Positions 12,301-20,000 of a stretch of 20,000 nucleotides of DNA are shown here, piece after piece. The DNA is from Monosiga brevicollis MX1 (Eukaryota). The first letter of the stretch is position 1. Each line of letters starts with the position of its first letter. Under the pieces are notes generated by a model, which worked only from the letters and a program-made list of their open reading frames with translations, made no database searches and was not told the origin of the DNA. The position numbers and the translations under genes are program-made. The stretch covers positions 148,668-168,667 of the forward strand of contig NW_001865089.1 of the NCBI RefSeq assembly GCF_000002865.3, given 5' to 3'.

Positions 12301-13145
12301 GTGAAGATGGGCTCCAAAGGGGCATTGCGCGCGTGCTGAAACATTGTGGACGCTATGGACTAACGCAAGAAGAGCTAAAGGCTGCCTCCGCAGCAGCCTT
12401 GGGCGAAGACTTGGAAATTGAGCGTGAAGAGCAACAGGAGGAAGAAGAACAGGAAGAGGTGGAACAAGAAGTTTTGAGTGTGGAGCCTAAGCAAGAAAGC
12501 CTCTGGAACGTGGAGATTCTGTTGCAAGGCTCTCCTAAGGAGCTGAAGACGCTTCCTCTGAAGATGCTGAAAACCTGTGCGGCCTTGAAAGATTTGCGCT
12601 TGAATTGGCCAGCAAACACTGAATTCTTCTGCACTCAGAATTGGTACCAATGGTCTGCAGGATTAGAGCACGAGACGCGGCTCCCCTATGTGCGCGCGTG
12701 TGTTGTGCGCTTTGAGGGGGGGGAACGACAAATCACGATTGTTACAGAGCGCGAGGTGGACCGCCTATACCAGCACGAGACCGATCCCTATGTGCGCTTG
12801 CCTCATGCTTGGCCCCACGATGAAAAAAAGGCTTGCATCGTCCAATTGCCACAGACGTCGACACCTCGTGCTCTAGAGCTGTTGGGGAGCGATGGACTCG
12901 GCATGTTTTTGCTGATCAATGGCGAGGTTGACGTCAAAGCTGAGGATGAACGTGGTGCGCCGCTGGTAGGCAGTGCCTATGATGAGATTAAGAAAGAGCT
13001 CGAACGAGCCTGGATGAACGCTTTGAGAGAAAGCGAAGATCCGCGGGAAGTGGTTCAGAAATTGCTAGCGCCACGAAACGCACAATTGCGTTATCCCGAA
13101 AGCCAGGTAGCTGCTATCTGCGATCAACTCTCAGTTGGCAAATAA
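3372..13145 (+). CDS. Giant (~3,200 aa) DUF3638/DUF3645-family protein with SF2/SecA-like P-loop ATPase core; exons ~3372-4182 and 4318-13145
   Basis: ORFs 3369-4265 and 4293-13145 are joined by a phase-1 intron 4183-4317 (GTACGC ... branch GACTGAC 4284-4290 ... TAG). DUF3638 signature: WLVFEVENQLQIRPKQ..LLQLNMGEGKSKVILP. DUF3645 signature: LSVPYEATDSPTTRSEFADID..TWYTDGL. Also DEID, GFSGT, RGADHKL, QAAGRLRQL and an acidic EIEREEQQEEEE tract. The true start is uncertain: a pyrimidine tract plus CAG at 3363-3365 could be an acceptor for an upstream exon. Confidence 0.85.
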
Positions 13146-14260
13146 GAAATGTCTTGATGCCACGCGTGAAATGCAATGGTGATGTGAGCACTTTTTTTAA
13201 ACATGCATTGATCGATGTGTGCCGACCCTCTGCAGTGGATTGTTCGCCTTGATTTCGCATGATAGACAAACAAGACTTAAATTTGTCAATTCAATTGTTC
13301 AATCTCTACGCATGCTCAACACAAACGCGCGTGCATGGTGTGCGCGCACATGCTCACATACACACAACTTCGAAGCCAGTGATGAGTTGACCTAAGAAAC
13401 AAAGCTCAACGAGGAGGTCCACAAAAGTCAAGTACCCGAACATCACGAGTGAGCTCATCGATCAACCAGATATGCATGAGCTCACTGACAACGCCCGCTA
13501 CGTTCTGCTTTTTGGTTCAACCACGAACAAGGTTTTGGCTTATCCTTGCCCAAACATTTTCACACAACATTGCGAAGGAAAGCCAATTATGATTTCAGTC
13601 GGGGTAATACAACTCGAGGTTTGTTGGCAACGTATGAAATCACAAGTATTGTCACGCTTCCCGTGGGAGCCTGCACAACAAGCTACTGAAAGACGATTTG
13701 AGCTGAGACAGTTCAGTCACCATGGGCGTTGCTGCTCTTGGACATTTGTCACCAAATTTGTTCCCAAAAACTCATTGTGGCTGTCAACGCCGACATCGCG
13801 TAATCGTCCAGTCACCGCTTTACATGGTAACCAGCTCATCACCAGATAGATTTCCCATGGACGTGTTTAAGTGTGCGCAAAGTGTTGTCAAACATGGTCG
13901 AGGGAGAGGTGATCGCAATTGAAAGGGATGAATAGTAAGTTAGATGACGATCAGTGTTGATCGTGTTCAAATTGTAGGCTGTTTAAGATCGTTTGAACCA
14001 CGCAGATCCGCTGAATTTATCAATGCCATTTTTCTTAATAAATCTCCAACGCATTTGAACACTCTGACTGCTTATGCACACACCCAGCAACATCCACAAT
14101 AGGTTTTCCCACAGAAACCTCCAAAGCTGATACAACTTCACTCCCTGACAAACACAAAAGGCCACATACAGACCTGCTGAACCTGTCAGGATCTGAGGCG
14201 CCTGAAACCAAGGATTTGACTCTAACAGAGCCTGACCCCTCCTGGGAGGTGCATGCGTAG

Positions 14261-16132
14261 GCAGCTGAACGACAAGGCGAAGCACATTGCTGGCAAGCTC
14301 AATGACATGCTGGCGACCGGTGTCTCGCTTCAGGCCCTCCTCACGGCCATGCAGTACGTGCCAAGCCTCATCAACCACCTCTACATCCTGCCCCCAAGTC
14401 TGACGTCGGGCTTGTCCGAGGTCTTGAACCGTGCTTGCATGGACACCTTTGTCAAAGCCTTTTTTGCCAAGGTAAACCTGTCTGCACCGGCTGGAGCTGA
14501 AGGTCATGACGTTACGCTAGAACAGCTCCTTGAGGCTCGCCTCTTCACGCGGGCCAACACCGGGGGCTTTGGCCTGCACGACTTGGTTGAGCGCGGTCCG
14601 GTGGCTTATGTCTGCAACATGGCCAAGCTGGCCACTCACTACCCTCGGGTCTACGATCGGCTCTTGGAGGATGCATCGAGGGCTGCCGACTTTGAGGTCC
14701 ACGTGCAGCAAGCTGGCTTCCAGATGGCCACGGTCAAGGACGCAGCGACTCAGCGACCAGCTGAGATCATTGCCCTCCGCTCCAAGGCGGCACTGGATGA
14801 CCTGATGGCCAAGTGCGCGCTGGACCTGCAGCAGGCATATCTGGCCTGACGTGAGTGGGGCGTCAGCACTGTCTTGACCATGCGGGGTCGAGACAAGTTG
14901 CGTCGCTTGAGCGACACGACCTTTGCCATTGCGGTCGTGTCCATGATGGGTTTTGGCCTCCATGAACTCATCAACGTCAAGCCGACGGACAAGTGCCCGC
15001 TCTGCAGCAACAAGACACCTCAGCCGCGACTGACCCGCGAGCACCTGCTGACCTGCCGTCCCATCAAGCGTCACAACGCCCTTCGCGACGAGATGGGCCG
15101 CCTGCTCAGGTACGCCACCCTCTCCCATGTCTGGGTGGAAAAGTCTGGCTACAACGCCAACGGTCAGAGCTGCCGCATCGACCTGCACTGCCGCAACCCC
15201 TTTCCCGGCGGTGCTCTGGGCCCAGCTCTGCCCGACCTGGGCATTGACGTGACTGTGCGCACAGCCCAACCCCCGACCATCTCGCAAGCCTGCATCAAGG
15301 TGGGCGCTGCCCTTCGCCGAGCCGAAAAGGAGAAGCGCGACTACTACACCGGTTTCAACCATGGAAAAACTCTGATCGTCCCTGCGGCGATGACGACAAC
15401 CGGTGGGTTCGCCTCCTCCTTTGTGGATCTGCTTGGTCAGCTCGCCCGCTGCGCCGAGGCCCGTGGTGTGTACCAGCCGGGGCTGGACGAGGCCTTTGTT
15501 CCTCGGTGGAAAAGTCGCTTTGCGGCGCTGGTCCATCAGATGAACGCTGACCACATCCAGCGCCACTTTGGCGGTGTCTGCCTGCGCTCGTCGTAGGTAG
15601 GCACCGCCTCGGGGGTCCCTCTGTGGGGATCCCTGTGTGCACCTGTCCCTCCCTAGGTGGTTCTCGTTGTGATCTTTTCATGGCTTGACTTGTATTTTTG
15701 TTTTAATTTTGCTTTAATTTTTACCGTATTTGTGTGGTATTTTTCCTGAATTTTTGTAAAGTCCGTTGTATGATGTCTTGTTCTTCTGTGGTCGGTTCTT
15801 TTCTCAATCCGGCGTTGTGCCTTATTGTATGTGAGCGTGCCGTGGTGTTTTTTGTGTGATCGTGCTGTGATGGCTTATATTTGTGATGCTTGACTGCCGT
15901 TTTTGGGTGTCTAGTGTTTGAAATGGCTGTATCTCTTAATATACTTGGTCGTTTTTTATGATTTTTGTTTCTATGGGCGTGATTTTTGCGCTTGTACTTC
16001 TCGGCATGATAGAAGCCGGTGAATGTGTCTTGTTCTCTTGTGTTGTTTTGCGTGACGTAGTGATTTTGATGTCGGGGTTGCACAGCTTGGCTTTCAGCTC
16101 TGAGGTTCAAACACCTAATTTATTTGTTTGTT
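14261..16132 (+). mobile_element. Non-LTR retrotransposon (RLE type, CRE-clade-like) copy 1, 5'-truncated: RT thumb/linker, CCHC-RLE, ~530-bp 3' UTR, TTTR tail
   Basis: Colinear with copy 2 at offset +4065 starting at GCAGCTGAAC (14261 vs 18326). Encodes CPLC..H...C, RHN, RID..DVT..EKEK..Y. The 3' UTR ends ACCTAATTTATTTGTTTGTT directly before the satellite. Confidence 0.9.
14262..15596 (+). pseudogene. C-terminal part of retrotransposon polyprotein (copy 1), in-frame TGA at 14847-14849
   Basis: ORFs 14253-14849 and 14874-15596 share a frame; the TGA corresponds to TCA (Ser) at 18912-18914 in copy 2. Confidence 0.88.
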
Positions 16133-16392
16133 CTGCTCGGGTCTGATCTGCTCGGTCCTGATCTACTCGGGTCTGTCATTGTCAGGCCTGATCTGCTCGG
16201 GTCTGATCTGCTCGGGCGGGACTTGATCAATGTTGTTCTGCTTGGGTCTGATCTGCTCGGGGCCCGTCTTTGTCGGATCTGATCCGCTCGGGTCTGTCCT
16301 TGTCAGGCCTGATCCGCTCGGGCCCGTCCTTGTCAGGCCTGATCTGCTCGGGTCTGATCTGCTCGGGCGGGACTTGATCAATGTTGTTCTGC
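16127..16392. repeat. 15-bp-period minisatellite (~17.5 units; main unit YCTGATCYGCTCGGG, variants YCYGTCMTTGTCRGR, CGGGACTTGATCAAT, GTTGTTCTGCTYGGG)
   Basis: Parses into consecutive 15-mers with a single 1-nt insertion at about 16262; a 63-bp block 16179-16241 is repeated exactly at 16330-16392. Confidence 0.93.
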
Positions 16393-19300
16393 CCCACTTG
16401 GCGAAGTCAGTGAAAGTGAAACACACAATACAGCGGGCGAACACAGTGAGAGTGAGCAAGATGTTCTTCTCAGCGATCCCGCTCCGCCCATCGCTGCCAA
16501 CGTGCTGGATGCCCAGCGCAAGGTCCTGCTGAAGACATCTGGCCACAGGCAACTCCTCGCCTGCCCATTTGGGCTTTGCAAATGCAAGGGGCCCCGCCTT
16601 GACCGCAAAGCTTGGGTCAATCATGTACTACGCGAGCACCCCTACGACGAGCAAGCCACTGATCTGGTCAAGCAGGTGATGGAGGCCAAATTGGTCGCCC
16701 AGTGCAACAAGTGTCACCTCTTCTTCGAAGCTGCTGGTATCAGTCAACACCGCTCCCGATGTGGTGCCAATCTGAAGCGAGCGACCGAGGCGTTGTTTCA
16801 TGCGGCTGGACACGACCTGCTTGAGATTATGCGTGGCGCTTGGCCCCAACAGTGTGTAGGGTCTCGCATCAGTGTCTGCGAGCTGCTCAAGCTCGCCCGG
16901 CATCCACTGATGCAGCGCAGCCGCTACCCATCCAACGCCACCGAGACCAAGCTGATGGCTGCCACCTTGAGCCAGCTGTATTGGTCTGCCGTCCACTCGG
17001 ACTATACCGCTGAAGAGCGAGAGATGTGCTGNGCTTTGATTTTGGCCTTGCCTAGCATGTTGTTGTCTGCTCCCTCGACCGCACTGTCTACGATTGACCT
17101 GCGCAATATGTTTCACGATCGTCTNNNNNNNNNNNNNNNNNNNNNNNNNNNNNNNNNNNNNNNNNNNNNNNNNNNNNNNNNNNNNNNNNNNNNNNNNNNN
17201 NNNNNNNNNNNNNNNNNNNNNNNNNNNNNNNNNNNNNNNNNNNNNNNNNNNNNNNNNNNNNNNNNNNNNNNNNNNNNNNNNNNNNNNNNNNNNNNNNNNN
17301 NNNNNNNNNNNNNNNNNNNNNNNNNNCCCCTATGGTTGGTCTGGTGAGCTTCTTGCCTCCATCTACCGCATCAAGGAGCACTTCAGTCAAGTCTTGGGCC
17401 CACGCCAGGGTTCTACCAGCGACCCGACTGCTCCTTCTGATGGAGACGCGCCTCAGGGCCCCACCACCGCCACTGGAGGTCCTCAGGTTGCCTTGAACAA
17501 GATCTTTCACCACATTGCCAACAACACCGTGCCCGAGTCGATTCGACATGCCCTTTGCTCCATCAACTACACTATCCTGGAGAAAGCCAATGGCAAGTTT
17601 CGACCTGTGGGCACGGATTCCATCTTCAACAAGGTTGTCAACCGCGCTCTGCTCGAGCAACAGCAGCCCCATATTGCCCACTTGCTACAGGCCAGTCCAG
17701 AGCTGGCCGTCGGAGTCAAGGACGGCATTTCAGCAGCGGTTGGCATGGCCTTTGGTGAGCTTCAAGCCTGTGAGTCTACCCCGGGCTGGACCATGCTCTC
17801 CCTCGATTTCAAGAGTGCCTTCAACTACACCGACCGAGCACGGCTACACGAGATTGTGGCCGACAAGGTTCCTGGCCTCTTGCGCGCCTTTGAACGACAC
17901 TATGCTCGACCCACTACCCACTGCATTGTCGACAAGTTCTTCAAGGTGATTGACATTGATGTTGGCCAAGGCATTGTGCAGGGCAACGAGCTATCGCCCT
18001 TCTTCTTTGCCCTGTACTCCTGTGAGGTCCTGGGTCTCCTCGACGCCACCACTGACTACCGCTGCAAGGCCATCAAATACCTCGACGACATTGTACTGAT
18101 GGGTCCCGCGGAGGACGTGGCGGCCGACGTGGAGATTGTCAAGGCTCGTGCAGAGTCTGCTGGCCTCCATCTGCAGCCCAGTAAGAGCCGCTTCTACATG
18201 CCTCGCCACCATCCCGCTTCCATCACTGCTATCAAGTCTGTCTTGCCAGATGCCGTGCGCGAGACGGCCAACACGGGCATGACGGTCTTGGGAACGCCGA
18301 TTGGCCATCGCGAGTGGATGAAGAAGCAGCTGAACGACAAGGCAAAGCACATCTCTGGCAAGCTCAATGACATGCTGACGACCGGTGTCTCGCTTCAGGC
18401 CCTCCTCACGGCCATGCAGTACGTGCCTAGCCTCATCAACCACCTCTACACGCTGCCCCCAAGTCTCACGTCGGGCTTGTCCGAGCTCTTGAACCGTGCT
18501 TGCAAGGACACCTTTGTCAAAGCCTTTTTTGCCAAGGTAAACCTGTCTGCACCAGCTGGAGCCGAAGGTCATGACGTTACGCTGGAACAGCTCCTGGAAG
18601 CTCGCATCTTCACGCGGGCCAACACCGGGGGCTTTGGCCTGCACGACTTGGTTGAGCGCGGTCCGGTGGCTTATGTCTGCAACATGGCCAAGCTGGCCAC
18701 TCGCTACCCTCGAGTTTACGATCGACTCTTGGAGGATGCATCGAGGGCTGCCGACTTTGAGGTCCACGTGCAGCGAGCTGGCTTCCAGATGGCCACGGTC
18801 AAGGACGCGGCGACCCAGCGACCAGCTGAGATCATTGCCCTCCGCTCCAAGGCGGCACTGGACGACCTGATGGCCAAGTGTGCGCTGGACCTGCAGCAGG
18901 CATATCTGGCCTCACGCGAGTGGGGCGTCAGCACAGTCTTGACCATGCGGGGTTGAGACAAGTTGCGTCGCTTGAGCGACACGACCTTTGCCATTGCGGT
19001 TGTGTCCATGATGGGTTTTGGCCTCCATGAACTCATCAACATCAAGCCGACGGACAAGTGCCCGCTCTGCAGCAGCAAGACACCTCAGCCGCGACTGACC
19101 CGCGAGCACCTGCTGACCTGCCGTCCCATCAAGCGACACAACGCCCTTCGCGACGAGATGGGCCGCCTGCTCAGGTACGCCACCCTCTCCCATGTCTGGG
19201 TGGAAAAGTCTGGCTACAACGCCAACGGTCAGAGCTGCCGCATCGACCTGCACTGCCGCAACCCCTTTCCCGGCGGTGCTCTGGGCCCAGCTCTGCCCGA

Positions 19301-19661
19301 CCTGGGCATTGACGTGACTGTGCGCACAGCCCAACCCCCGACCACCTCGCAAGCCTGCATCAAGGTGGGCGCTGCCCTTCGCCGAGCCGAAAAGGAGAAG
19401 CGCGAGTACTACACCGGTTTCAACCATGGAAAAACTCTGATCGTCCCTGCGGCGATGACGACAACCGGTGGGTTCGCCTCCTCCTTTGTGGATCTGCTTG
19501 GTCAGCTCGCCCGCTGCGCCGAGGCCCGTGGTGTGTACCAGCCGGGGCTGGATGAGGCCTTTGTTCCTCGGTGGAAGGGTCGCTTTGCGGCGCTGGTCCA
19601 TCAGATGAACGCTGACCACATCCAGCGCCACTTTGGCGGTGTCTGCCTGCGCTCGTCGTAG
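16388..19661 (+). pseudogene. Single-ORF RT/RLE polyprotein of copy 2, interrupted by an assembly gap and an in-frame TGA at 18954-18956
   Basis: The frame is open from the satellite junction (SAPLGEVSESE...) to the gap, then 17327-18956 and 18957-19661 share a frame. The TGA corresponds to CGA (Arg) at 14889-14891 in copy 1. Confidence 0.85.
17125..17326. other. Assembly gap (202 N) inside copy 2
   Basis: Run of N; true length unknown. Confidence 0.99.
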
Positions 19662-20000
19662 GTAGGCACCGCCTCGGGGGCCCCTCTGCGGGGATCCCTG
19701 TGTGCACCTGTCGCTCCCTAGGTGGTTTTCGTTGTGGTCTTTTGATGGCTTGACTTGTATTTTAGTTTAATTTTGCTTCAATTTTTCTGTGATCGGTTGT
19801 CTTTTCAACCCGACACTGTCTCTTGTTGGATGTGAGCGTGCCGTGGTGTTCTTTATGTTCGTGCTGTGATGGCTCGTAGTTGTGATATGTGTGACTCCCT
19901 TTTTGGGTGTCTTGTGTTTTAAATGGCCGTATCTCTGGTTATACCTGGTCGTTTTGTACGATTTTTGTTTCTATGTGCGTAATTCTTCGCGCTTGTACTC

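Larger units (their letters stand above)
16388..20000 (+). mobile_element. Non-LTR retrotransposon (RLE type, CRE-clade-like) copy 2: Zn fingers, RT, CCHC-RLE, 3' UTR running off the window; probably 5'-truncated
   Basis: N-terminal CPFGLC..HVLREH and CNKC..HRSRC fingers; RT motifs KFRPVG, LSLDFKSAFN, GIVQGNELSPFFF, YLDD (18078-18089), LGTPIG, GGFGL; C-terminal CCHC, RHN and PD-(D/E)xK-type nuclease. No LTRs or APE domain are visible. Confidence 0.92.

Noticed and set aside
13305..13366. Alternating purine-pyrimidine, self-complementary stretch (GCGCGTGCA-TGG-TGTGCGCGC)
   Set aside because: Low-complexity CA/CG-derived sequence; no TIR/TSD evidence for a MITE.
13472..13922. Short ORFs of 125 and 66 aa between the giant gene and the array
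   Set aside because: No recognisable domain or convincing splice structure; cannot be supported as genes.
14180..14240. Hammerhead-like motif CTGAGGC-GCCT-GAAAC-CAAGG near the 5' junction of copy 1
   Set aside because: The core deviates (CUGAGGC rather than CUGANGA, and no UH cleavage triplet closing stem III).
14847..14849. Selenocysteine recoding of the in-frame UGAs using the 3' UTR stem-loop
   Set aside because: The UGAs are at different positions, replacing Ser and Arg rather than Cys, and no SECIS AUGA/GA quartet is evident.
14517..15566. Long antisense ORFs over the retroelement (also 17991-18767, 18912-19631) and over the DUF3638 gene
   Set aside because: Shadow ORFs of GC-rich coding sequence with no recognisable motifs.
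16098..16120. tRNA/Pol III B-box-like GGTTCAAACACC at the element 3' end
   Set aside because: No cloverleaf or proper T-stem can be formed; treated only as a small terminal hairpin.
16127..16392. CRISPR array
   Set aside because: Units are contiguous 15-mers with recurring variants and no unique spacers; no cas genes; eukaryotic context.
17094..17347. Frameshift or two-ORF organisation between the Zn-finger and RT parts of copy 2
   Set aside because: The frame change coincides with an N-gap of estimated length.

Overview
This is eukaryotic genomic DNA with short GT-AG introns, a (CA)n microsatellite and an N-gap. It is probably from a choanoflagellate such as Monosiga; this is inferred from gene style and from resemblance, from memory and unverified, of the retroelement to Repbase Cre-1_MB. 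Three blocks lie on the + strand. (1) 1-2797: a 5'-incomplete 7-exon gene whose spliced frame fuses a COG2907-type FAD-dependent oxidoreductase to a DUF1365 domain. In bacteria these are separate operon neighbours, UfaD/UfaO-like in furan fatty acid synthesis. (2) ~3372-13145: a ~3,200-aa DUF3638/DUF3645 protein with a single visible intron and an ordered set of SecA-like SF2 ATPase motifs. (3) 14261-20000: two head-to-tail copies of a CRE-clade-like non-LTR retrotransposon (Zn fingers-RT-CCHC-RLE), each with its own premature UGA in the RT-endonuclease linker. They are separated by a 15-bp-period satellite, and both element junctions fall on the same satellite motif (TGTTCTGC), suggesting a satellite-targeting site-specific retrotransposon array.
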